Assembly (NCBI GenBank): GCA_963732385.1
Contig: CAVSZB010000001.1
Location: forward strand, 1 to 64,000
Source: an uncultured bacterium
Lineage (GTDB): Bacteria > Krumholzibacteriota > Krumholzibacteriia > LZORAL124-64-63
Direction of reading: 5' to 3'
DNA: 64,000 nucleotides
This document shows, piece by piece, positions 8,421 through 16,942 of this stretch. Each line of letters opens with the position of its first letter. Within the stretch, counting starts at the first letter, position 1. Below the pieces are notes generated by a model, which had not been told where the DNA came from, ran no database searches, and saw nothing but the letters and a program-made list of their open reading frames with translations. Both the position numbers and the translations under genes were made by a program.

Positions 8421-11027
8421 ATGCCCGGCTTAAAACAAGCGCGCCTGTTTCTCCTATATTGGGCTCTTTGGGCCAGTTCCTCGGCGGTCGCCGCCGAGCC
8501 GGCGGCGGTAGTGCCCCCCCAGCTGGCGGGTGCACTGGCGGCCGATGGCACATTGCTGCCCGGGATCTCGGGCAGCTTCGACGCCAGCGGCTGGAGCCTG
8601 GACACGACGGCCCAGGGACCGCCGCGATTCGTGCCGGCGCAGCCCATCGACAAGGCCGGCTGCGGTGACGGCTGGGACGACCGGTTCACGATGCGCGGCA
8701 CGATCGGCAGCGTGAAGGCGGTTGCTGTCGTGGGAGATACTGTATATCTCGGCGGTCAATTCACGGTCGCCGGCGGCCCCATCAGCTATCTCGCGCGCTG
8801 GGACGGCACGGGGTTTTCAGCCGTTGGTACTGGCGTGAACAACGGCGTACTGGCGTTCGCCGTCGACGGCGCGGACCTCTACGCCGCGGGGTACCTCACG
8901 GAGGCCGGCGGCTTGCCGGCTCGTGGAATCGCGCGCTGGGACGGGACGAACTGGTCGGCGCTCGGCACAGGCATGAACGCCGGCACCATCAACGCGCTCG
9001 CCGTGTGGAACGGCGACTTGTATGCCGCCGGAACATTCACGACCGCTGGAGGCGTGGCCGCCGCCCGGGTCGCGCGCTGGGACGGGACCAGCTGGTGGCC
9101 CGTCGGAGACGGCCTGAACAATTCGGTCTGGGCATTGGCCGCGGATGCGACGGGACTTTACGCCGGCGGCTCATTCACGGCCTCGGGTGCCGTGGCGATC
9201 AATCGTATCGCGCGCTGGGACGGCGTGGCCTGGGCTCCCCTGGGCGCCGGAGTGGACAACATCGTCAGCGCACTGGCCGCGCAGGGCGGCAATCTGTACG
9301 CCACGGGCGGGTTCACCACGGCCGGAGGTGCCCCGGCCAGTCGCATCGCGCGCTGGGATGGCAGCACCTGGTCGGCGCTGGGCGCGGGCCTGAACAACGG
9401 CGGGCGTGGGCTGGCCTTTCTCGGCGGCGATCTTTATGTGGGGGGCGCCTTCACCAGCGCCGGCGGCGTGTCCGCGCCGCTGATCGCGCGCTGGGACGGT
9501 GTGGCCTGGTCCGACGTCGACGGCGGCATGAGTGGTACGGGTGCGCCCACAGTTGACGCGCTGACCCTGTTGCCGGATGGCCTGGGCGGCGGCAGCATCT
9601 TCGCCGGCGGCACGTTCAGGCGCGGCGGTTCGGTCAGCGCCCTGAACGTCGCCCGCTGGGATGGGACCGCCTGGTTTCCGCTGGGCGACGGCCAGGCACC
9701 GGATGACCGAGTCTTGTCACTGGCCCTGGGCACCGACGCCGAGGGTGGCAAGGTCGTGTACGCGGGCGGGAGCTTCCTGCAGGCCGGAAGTGAGCAGGCC
9801 AAGTACGTCGCCGCCTGGGATGTCGATGCCGGCACCTGGCGGACGTTGGGCACCGGTGTCAACGGCGCCGTGCGCACCGTCGCCGCCAACGGCACCGACC
9901 TCTATGTGGGCGGGACCTTCACCATTGCCGGGATCTACCAGGCCTACTATGTCGCGCGTTGGGACGGCACGGCCTGGACGCGCCTGGGAATCGGTACCAA
10001 TGGCCAGGTGGAAGTCCTTCAACTGTGCCCGAACGGCGCGGGCGGCTACGACCTGTATGCCGGCGGCAACTTCACCCGCGCCGGCGGCGTCACCGTCAAT
10101 CGCCTCGCGAAGTGGGACGGCACGGCATGGTCCGCGCTCGGCACTGGCTTCAATAATTGGGTTGAGGCGATCGCCTTCGCCGACAACGGCGCCGGCGGCT
10201 ACGACGTGTACGCCGGCGGCCAGTTCACCACCGCCGGAGACGTACCGGCCAACCGCATCGCGAAATGGGACGGCACAGCCTGGTCCCCCCTGGGCAGTGG
10301 CCTCGCCGAAGTGACGGGCACCGGCTTCCCTGCCGTGGTGGAGGAGTTGCTCGTCTCGAACGACGGTGCCGGCGGGTTGGTGCTCTATGCCGGCGGCCTG
10401 TTCACCGAAGCGGGCGGCCTGCGCGTCGGCCATATCGCGAAATGGGACGGGACGAGTTGGTCGGCCCTCGGCAGCGGCCTCGACTGGAGCGTCCACGCCA
10501 TGGATATGCGGGACGGTGCCCTGCACGTCGGCGGGGCCTTCCTGAACGCAGGCGGCATGCCGGCGGCGGGCATCGCCACGTGGGACGGAACCACCTGGTC
10601 GCCTCTCGGCGACGGACTCACCCCCGGCATCGACATGCTCATTTTCGACGGCGACGACATGTACGTCGGCGGCATCAACACCCGAGCCGGCTGCACGCCT
10701 TCGTACTTCTTTGGTCGCCAGAGGCGCGGGATGATCTCCGGAATCGGTTCCGACCTGCCCGCCGCGGACGTCGCACTGGCCCAGAACGCGCCCAATCCGT
10801 TCAATCCGCTGACCGAGATCTCTTTCCGGTTGGAACGCAGTTCGCACGCCACATTGCGTGTGTACGATACGCGGGGCCGCGTAGTGGCCACGCTGGTCGA
10901 CGGTGCGTTGGCGGCCGGTGATCACCGCGTGAGCTTCAGCGCGCGCGGGCTGGCCAGCGGACTCTACATGTACCGGCTGGAAGCCGGCGGAGTCGTTGAG
11001 TCGCGTAAAATGATGCTGGTGCGGTGA
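8421..11027 (+). CDS. Secreted repeat protein, probable double beta-propeller, with C-terminal T9SS-like domain
   Basis: 13 repeats of [IVL]A[RK]WDG..W..LG.G....V.A....LY.GG.F; C-terminal QNAPNPFNP...KMMLVR. Confidence 0.85.
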   Translation: MPGLKQARLFLLYWALWASSSAVAAEPAAVVPPQLAGALAADGTLLPGISGSFDASGWSLDTTAQGPPRFVPAQPIDKAGCGDGWDDRFTMRGTIGSVKAVAVVGDTVYLGGQFTVAGGPISYLARWDGTGFSAVGTGVNNGVLAFAVDGADLYAAGYLTEAGGLPARGIARWDGTNWSALGTGMNAGTINALAVWNGDLYAAGTFTTAGGVAAARVARWDGTSWWPVGDGLNNSVWALAADATGLYAGGSFTASGAVAINRIARWDGVAWAPLGAGVDNIVSALAAQGGNLYATGGFTTAGGAPASRIARWDGSTWSALGAGLNNGGRGLAFLGGDLYVGGAFTSAGGVSAPLIARWDGVAWSDVDGGMSGTGAPTVDALTLLPDGLGGGSIFAGGTFRRGGSVSALNVARWDGTAWFPLGDGQAPDDRVLSLALGTDAEGGKVVYAGGSFLQAGSEQAKYVAAWDVDAGTWRTLGTGVNGAVRTVAANGTDLYVGGTFTIAGIYQAYYVARWDGTAWTRLGIGTNGQVEVLQLCPNGAGGYDLYAGGNFTRAGGVTVNRLAKWDGTAWSALGTGFNNWVEAIAFADNGAGGYDVYAGGQFTTAGDVPANRIAKWDGTAWSPLGSGLAEVTGTGFPAVVEELLVSNDGAGGLVLYAGGLFTEAGGLRVGHIAKWDGTSWSALGSGLDWSVHAMDMRDGALHVGGAFLNAGGMPAAGIATWDGTTWSPLGDGLTPGIDMLIFDGDDMYVGGINTRAGCTPSYFFGRQRRGMISGIGSDLPAADVALAQNAPNPFNPLTEISFRLERSSHATLRVYDTRGRVVATLVDGALAAGDHRVSFSARGLASGLYMYRLEAGGVVESRKMMLVR

Positions 11028-11832
11028 GGATCGGGCAGCTGGCGGCGCGGCTGCTGCTCGATGGCTGCGCCAGGTCTGGTCGCGTCCGCGGAGGAGGGGG
11101 TGACGCCCCCCCTTGTCCGCTTCGCCCCTGCCCGCCCGCGCGGACGATCCCGGTTCCCATCCGATCCTGAGGTTCGAGCCGGTCGGCGACGACACGTTGA
11201 CAGCCGATCTTCATGAACCAGTTCCAAGCCCGGGGGGCTATACGGTTCCCGCAGGCAGCCTGCAGCCGGCCATCGACGTCGAGACCATTTCCCAGGGACA
11301 GATCGAGGACGGTTACCGGCCGTCGGCGACAGCAGGGGCTGCCGGCGGCCGCTAGATCGCCCGTGTAGGATCCTGCAATGGGGCCGGAGAGATTGCAGTG
11401 GCAAGACTCGAGTGCTACGCTCGAATCTTCCACGGGAACGAGCGATCCCGCATGGCTAACCGCGCACTCCCGTGCCTGCGGCTTTGGCCCAGATCATCCC
11501 GGGAAACGCCCGGCCCGGAGTCGCCGGTTCTCGTGGGGAGCGGTGCAAGGCCATGTCGGAGGGCGGGGAATTGCGCCAGCTGTTCTCCGCAGCATATACT
11601 AGTACGCAGGCCAGCGTATCTGGATACGAAGGCCGTGATAATTGGAGTTACAAGGGCCGCGGCGGTGGTCAGGCAGTTCGAAAAAGGCTTTGACCCTGTT
11701 TTGGTTTGGATTTGTTGTTCAGGGCGAGGTGACTCGGCGGCACGCGACACGGTGACAAGCCGCCTATCGCTCACGCGCTAGGCGGACGCCCGGCAGGCCT
11801 TGTTGGCCGAGTCAGAGGCGCGGAGGTTGTCC

Positions 11833-11925
11833 TCGTAACAGGCTGCTGCAGCGGACATGCCCGCGTCACTCCGCTTGCAGGGCAAGCGTCGCTCCGCGAG
11901 CCTGCCGCTGAGCCGCGCGTTAGAT
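11833..11925 (+). other. attC site 6
   Basis: TCGTAAC AGGCTGCTGCAGCGGAC...CCGCTGAGCCGCGC GTTAGAT; the only site with an intact GTTRRRY. Confidence 0.85.
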
Positions 11926-11941
11926 ACACAGAGGAGCAGGT

Positions 11942-12817
11942 ATGTCCAAGTTACTACATCCACTATTGGGCGCAGTCCTCGTGCTGTTTTGGGGCTGCTC
12001 TTCATCGGATGGGCCTACAGAACCTCAGGATCCAGGTCAGGGCGCCGTTTCAATCGTAGTGGAGCCGAGTTTTTTGTCGCCGTCCTGGACTCTGACGGGT
12101 CGAGACAGCGTCCTGGCAACAGGAGTCGGAGCTGCGACTATCCAAGGTATCCCAGTTCAGACTTGCACCCTCACCTGGGAGCCGGTAAGCGGTTGGGCTC
12201 CACAGGGTGATAACCCAATTGTGTTCGGCGTAGTCAAAGATGATACCGTTAGCGTCGAGGCTGTCTATGGTGCGCCGTTTGCGGATTCCCCAGACCAGGC
12301 CGTGGAGAATCTGCGCACAGCGTATGTCTTTATGCGTATCGAGTTTCTCCAGAGTGTCGTCGCACCAGGCTATCTGTCGTTTCTGCAGGTATGTACCCAA
12401 GATCAATTTGTATACGTAGGAGCCACGCTTGATGCCGATGAAGAATTGATGTCGGCGGAACACATTTTTGGTGGCCAGCCAATCACAAACTCGAACGGGA
12501 CTTTGGTGCCGGGAGTATCGAGCATACAATTCCCGGTGCTAAATCGCGTTAGTGACTGGGAAGTTGCTGGCCCGGGGGAACGCCTGCCAGGTGCTTTCGC
12601 ATCGACCTACGAGGTCGCAATCGATCTAAACCGCCCAGGCGATAGTACTCTTACGTCTGCGGGCGAGATTCGATTCTTCGCGGTCTCTAGTGATAGTCTC
12701 GTCGCGGGCGAGGTATGGCAACACTGGAAGTTGATTGGGCAGGACGACATGACTGATATTACCAAGCGGGCGATAGAATCCGTCGCCTGGGGTTCTTTGC
12801 GGGCACTCTTTCTGTAG
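11942..12817 (+). CDS. Hypothetical lipoprotein (gene cassette) with WGSLRALF C-terminal tail
   Basis: GAGGAG RBS; FWGC lipobox; lower GC than the host genes; flanked by attC sites. Confidence 0.8.
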   Translation: MSKLLHPLLGAVLVLFWGCSSSDGPTEPQDPGQGAVSIVVEPSFLSPSWTLTGRDSVLATGVGAATIQGIPVQTCTLTWEPVSGWAPQGDNPIVFGVVKDDTVSVEAVYGAPFADSPDQAVENLRTAYVFMRIEFLQSVVAPGYLSFLQVCTQDQFVYVGATLDADEELMSAEHIFGGQPITNSNGTLVPGVSSIQFPVLNRVSDWEVAGPGERLPGAFASTYEVAIDLNRPGDSTLTSAGEIRFFAVSSDSLVAGEVWQHWKLIGQDDMTDITKRAIESVAWGSLRALFL

Positions 12818-12822
12818 GCGGC

Positions 12823-12931
12823 ATCCAAGAAGCGCCTGAACCTGAATATTCGCTTTGTAACTCGCCGCGCAGAGCACGGCTCGCGCCAATCAGCTTCGCC
12901 CAGCGCTTTGCGGGTGATGCCATCGTGAGGC
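12823..12931 (+). other. attC site 7 (degenerate)
   Basis: ATCCAAG AAGCGCCTGAACCTGA...GCTCGCGCCAA...GCGGGTGATGCCATC GTGAGGC. Confidence 0.65.
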
Positions 12932-13491
12932 TCAGACAACTCGGAGCGCGCACGTCACTCCGCCGACGGGATCTTCTAGCGTTCGTTTTGGCGCAGGCCT
13001 GGTTAACTGCGGCCAGCCCCAGCTTGGCTGCCGCCGAACCTCCCTGCAGTAGGGACCTAAGTCGATCGCATGTGGTGGTAACCGTGAGGTTCTTCGACGG
13101 CTGGACGCGGCCCGTCTTTGGAGCGTTGGATGGCCGCGGCAATCTGAAGATCGTCGGAGCGTACTCGGACACAACAAGTATATTCGCATCGATCGATCCG
13201 GACTCGGCGGTGGCGGCGGTCGATAGGCTGTTGGCGCTGGACTTCTATGGGCAACCCGAGGTATTCGAAACGGGACGCCTCCGTGTGGGGACTTATGGTC
13301 CCGATTCAGTGATGGTCACGCAGGAAACCACGCTCGACGGAGGTTCCGCGACAATTGAACTCATTCTCGGCCCCCGTCGTCACCGCGTAGAACTTCGTTA
13401 CCCGGCCTACGGTGCGCCGCAAGCACTTAGGGATTGGGTGCACGAATTTCGCGGATTGGTGAAGAAGTATGCAGGCTGGGCACTGCACTAG
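12925..13491 (+). CDS. Hypothetical secreted protein (gene cassette)
   Basis: Hydrophobic signal-like N-terminus; stop abuts R'' GCCTAAC; start codon uncertain. Confidence 0.6.
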   Translation: MRLRQLGARTSLRRRDLLAFVLAQAWLTAASPSLAAAEPPCSRDLSRSHVVVTVRFFDGWTRPVFGALDGRGNLKIVGAYSDTTSIFASIDPDSAVAAVDRLLALDFYGQPEVFETGRLRVGTYGPDSVMVTQETTLDGGSATIELILGPRRHRVELRYPAYGAPQALRDWVHEFRGLVKKYAGWALH

Positions 13492-13589
13492 CCTAACCAG
13501 TGCTTGAAGCAGACGGTCGCGCCCGTCATGTCGCTTGCTGGCGCAAGCGCTGTGCCGGCCGCGCCCGCTGCTGAAGCGCGGCGTCCGGC
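13491..13589 (+). other. attC site 8
   Basis: GCCTAAC CAGTGCTTGAAGCAGACGG...CCGCTGCTGAAGCGCGGC GTCCGGC. Confidence 0.88.
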
Positions 13590-13625
13590 CAAGAGGTGAA
13601 TCCTGGACTTGGCTGGAGGTGAAGC

Positions 13626-13998
13626 ATGTCAAGATATATGCTCGTTGTAGTGGGTATGGCAATGCTTGCCTGCGGTGGCTGCAGCCGTCGCCAGCTGGTT
13701 GACGTAACGGCCGAGGCCTATCGTCGGGCGGGATGAGATTCGAAAGTGGTTTGAAATGGCTCTCCAGGCACCCAACTTAATCTACTCATTTATACCTGCG
13801 GTGATCGAGGTAGCGGTGAGTGGCGACTTGGCGTACGACCGTGGCACATATGAACTCAGCATGGACACGCCGCAAGGCCGAATCAGCGATCATGGCAAGT
13901 ACATGGCGGTGTGGAAGAAGACAGCCGAGGGATGGAAGGTGGTCGCAGACATCATGAACAGCGACCTCCCAGCGCCAGCCACTGAGCCTGGAACGTAA
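13626..13998 (+). pseudogene. DUF4440/SnoaL-like (NTF2 fold) lipoprotein with internal deletion and frameshift
   Basis: GGAGGT RBS, then MSRYMLVVVGMAMLACGGC; frame changes near 13718 into PIVGRDEIRKWF...GKYMAVWKK...WKVVADIMNSD. Confidence 0.75.
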
Positions 13999-13999
13999 G

Positions 14000-14473
14000 A
14001 CGGCATCGATTTTCTCGTCATTCTGGTCGCTGCGGCCGGCTGTAGCCGGTCGCCGAGTCGTCCGGTTGTCGCCGATGGGCCTGATGCGCAGGCGGTGACG
14101 AATCTCGTGGCCGAGTTCGACCGGTGCGCCAGGGAACAGGATCTGGAGACGTTTCTGACGTATTGCGCAGACGATGTCGTTTCGCTGGCCCCGAATGAGC
14201 CTGCCATCGTCGGCAAGGACGCCATGCGGGAGTTCTACCGCGGTCTCTACGATGTCTTCGAAATGCGAATGACGCACCACCCCGGAGAGCCCCACGTGTA
14301 TGGGAACCTTCTCATTGCATCGTGGCAATGCCACGGGGACGATGACGCCGAAGGCGGGCGGGGATCCCATGAGCTTCGACAACAAGTACGTGTTCATCCT
14401 GCTGCGCGCAGATGATGGTTCACTGAGCGTTTGGCGGGCTGCTTTCAACGCTGGCGCCCTGCCGCCTACGTAG
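14000..14473 (+). pseudogene. Second DUF4440/SnoaL-like lipoprotein; start lost, frameshift near 14320
   Basis: LVAAAGC lipobox with no start codon; PNEPAIVGKDAMREFY; continues in another frame as GNATGTMTPKAGG...NKYVFIL...WRAAFN. Confidence 0.7.
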
Positions 14474-14495
14474 GCGGCAACTCCAGGGAGGCCCC

Positions 14496-14813
14496 ATGCA
14501 CTATCTGCTCTTCTATGATGTCACGGCCGACTATCTGACGCGGCGGGCTGAATTCCGGGAGGAGCATCTCGGGCTGGCCTGGCAGGCGCAGGCCCGGGGC
14601 GAGCTCATCCTGGGCGGGGCCCTGGCCGATCCGGTCGACACCGCGATCCTGCTGTTCGAGGGCGAGTCGCCGGCGGTCGTGGAGCAGTTCGTGGCGGCCG
14701 ATCCGTACGTGAAGAACGGACTGATCGCGCGCTGGCGCATCCGACCGTGGACCACGGTTGTCGGCGAGGCGGCGACGGCGCCGGTCAGGCCGGGGCAGTC
14801 CGGCCGTCAATAG
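14496..14813 (+). CDS. YciI-like protein
   Basis: RRAEFREEHL, GGALADP and FVAADPYVKNGL motifs. Confidence 0.9.
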   Translation: MHYLLFYDVTADYLTRRAEFREEHLGLAWQAQARGELILGGALADPVDTAILLFEGESPAVVEQFVAADPYVKNGLIARWRIRPWTTVVGEAATAPVRPGQSGRQ

Positions 14814-14885
14814 CGGCGGCCAGGGCGCGCAGCCGTCCGGGCGATGTCCGCGCTGGAGTTGGCGCGGGCCGTCTTGTCGCTCCGC

Positions 14886-15515
14886 TCACTTCCCGCCCGT
14901 TACCGGCGCCTTGTCCGCCAGACCAAGTTTCTTCAGTTTCGGCGCGATCACGTACTGGCAGTACCCCGCGTTCCTGTTCCGCTCGTAGTACTGCCGGTGG
15001 TAGTCCTCCGCCGGGTAGAACTTCGTCAACGGGACGATCTCGGTGACGATCGGCTTGTCGAACGCGGCCTGGGCCGCCGCGCGCGACATTTCGGCGGCCT
15101 GTTTCTGGGCGTCGTCGATGCAGAAGATGGCCGAGCGGTACTGCGTGCCGCTGTCGGCGCCCTGGCGGTTGAGCGTGGTCGGGTCGTGGCTGCGCCAGAA
15201 GGTTTCGAGGATCTGCGCGAACGACACGCGGGCGGGGTCGAACTCGATGCGCGCCACCTCGGCGTGGCCGGTCTCGCCGGTGCAGACCTGCTTGTAGGCG
15301 GGATTGGCGGTATGTCCACCGGTGTAGCCTGGCTGGACTGAGATCACGCCGTCGAGGCGCAGGAAAATCGCCTCCACGCACCAGAAGCAGCCGGCGCCGA
15401 GCACGGCGGTTTCGCTCCTTTGATCCTGCGGGGTGTCCATGGTGCGGCCCTCTTCCGTTATGAATGCCGTCGCCAGCGCCAGGGCGGTGATCGCGGCGAT
15501 TACCGGTTTTTGCAT
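14886..15515 (-). CDS. msrA: Peptide-methionine (S)-S-oxide reductase
   Basis: GCFWC, HDPTTLNRQG, QYRS and AEDYH motifs. Confidence 0.95.
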   Translation of the reverse strand: MQKPVIAAITALALATAFITEEGRTMDTPQDQRSETAVLGAGCFWCVEAIFLRLDGVISVQPGYTGGHTANPAYKQVCTGETGHAEVARIEFDPARVSFAQILETFWRSHDPTTLNRQGADSGTQYRSAIFCIDDAQKQAAEMSRAAAQAAFDKPIVTEIVPLTKFYPAEDYHRQYYERNRNAGYCQYVIAPKLKKLGLADKAPVTGGK

Positions 15516-15771
15516 GTCGTGCCTCCAGGTCAAGGGGGGCGGCTGGATGTCGACAAGATAGACCCCGTTTCCGCGGCCGCCCGCGGCGCCATCGATTCCG
15601 CTGGTGGATGGCGCGCGCGGCGGCTACGATCGTCAGGCGACAGGCCTCGGATCTGAGGCCGCACATTCGCCTGATCCCTCTCGCCTGGGACTGTTGCGAC
15701 CCCCGCAGAGTCCGTACGCGGTTTTCAACGCGTGCGGCGCGGGGCAGTCATTTGCGCGGGGGGACCGACGC

Positions 15772-16296
15772 GTGGCGAAAGTGAGCCTGATCAGCCTCGA
15801 CCTCGAGACCTGTGATCTGCTGCTGTCCGCGGAGCCGGAACCCCTGGCGGAGCGGCACGGCGCCACGATCGGGCGCGAACGTCAGATGTTGCGCACGATC
15901 GCCGGCGCCACCCGCGAGCCGTTGGCGAAGGGGCTGGCCACGCCTCGCTGGTGGGGATACCTGACCCTGGATGCGAAGAGCCGGAATGTCGTGGGGGCGT
16001 GCGGCTTCAAGGGGGCGCCGAACGCGCGCGGAGAGGTCGAGATCGTCTGCCTGACCCTGCCGAGCCGCCAGAGGAAGGGTTATGCCACCGCCATGACCGA
16101 GTCGCTGCTCGGCCTGGCCTGGGCGGACCCGGTCGTGCGCCGGGTCGTCGCCTGCACGCGGCCTGAGCGTGATGCCACGACGCACCTGCTGGAGAAGAAC
16201 GGTTTCGCGTTCGACGAGCAGGGGGTCGATCCGCAGGGGGCGGAGTACTGGCGCTGGGCGGCGATGCGGCCGGGGGTGAAGCCCGCGCAGATCTGA
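15772..16296 (+). CDS. GNAT (RimJ/RimL-like) acetyltransferase
   Basis: GACGFKGAP..GEVEI, RQRKGYAT and LLEKNGF motifs. Confidence 0.8.
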   Translation: MAKVSLISLDLETCDLLLSAEPEPLAERHGATIGRERQMLRTIAGATREPLAKGLATPRWWGYLTLDAKSRNVVGACGFKGAPNARGEVEIVCLTLPSRQRKGYATAMTESLLGLAWADPVVRRVVACTRPERDATTHLLEKNGFAFDEQGVDPQGAEYWRWAAMRPGVKPAQI

Positions 16297-16345
16297 CCCC
16301 GGGACGGGACACCGCAGGAGCGCGCGGCGCGCGCCGTAAAAAACG

Positions 16346-16376
16346 CACGCGCCGGGCGATCATCGCCCGGCGCGTG
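16346..16376 (-). terminator. Intrinsic terminator
   Basis: 13-bp GC stem CACGCGCCGGGCG/CGCCCGGCGCGTG, followed by a T-run on the minus strand. Confidence 0.75.
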
Positions 16377-16401
16377 TTCAGGAAACACCTTACAAAACTG
16401 C

Positions 16402-16893
16402 TCAGGAGCGGCCCGGCCCCTTGCCGACGCCGACCTTCGGATCGGCTGCGCTCCAGATGACGGTGCGCGCTCCCTCGCCCCGCGGGGCGTTCGGTGGCGA
16501 CGGCCGCAGCGCCACGCCGGACTGGGCCAGGAAGCCCCGCGCGGTCCGGATGCCGCTCAGCAGCACGCGCTGTCCGGCGACCGGCCCGCCCGGGCGGCTT
16601 TTCTCGCCCGCCCCGACTACCTGAAAGCCCTCTCGGAACAGCAGGCGTTGGCGGTCGAGTTTCCAGCCGGTGGCGTCGCGCGAGAGCGTGCCGATGAGGA
16701 ACTCCATCCGCGGGGCGTGACGCAGCGGCATCGCCTTCTCGGCGCCGCGCTTCACCCGAGGTGTCTTCGACTTCCGCCCGGCTTGCGCCTCGCCGGGCAG
16801 GCTGATCAGCAGCGTCAGCAGCGCGACCATCAGGCCGGTCGACATCTGCAGGCCCGGCCACCGGCGGCACGGCCCTTCCCTGAATCGTTTCAT
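16402..16893 (-). CDS. Hypothetical secreted protein downstream of pilY1
   Basis: GGAGG RBS; hydrophobic segment ending in AQA. Confidence 0.55.
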   Translation of the reverse strand: MKRFREGPCRRWPGLQMSTGLMVALLTLLISLPGEAQAGRKSKTPRVKRGAEKAMPLRHAPRMEFLIGTLSRDATGWKLDRQRLLFREGFQVVGAGEKSRPGGPVAGQRVLLSGIRTARGFLAQSGVALRPSPPNAPRGEGARTVIWSAADPKVGVGKGPGRS

Positions 16894-16942
16894 ATTTCCT
16901 CCTGCACGACGCGCGCGGTGCACGGCGGTGCGGGTCAAGGTT

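Noticed and set aside
8700..10620. DNA repeat element
   Set aside because: The repeats are coding propeller blades with synonymous variation.
11454..11500. Extra attC starting GGCTAAC
   Set aside because: No complementary right arm or R' box found.
10936..11781. intI remnant
   Set aside because: No tyrosine-recombinase or IntI-patch motifs in any listed frame.
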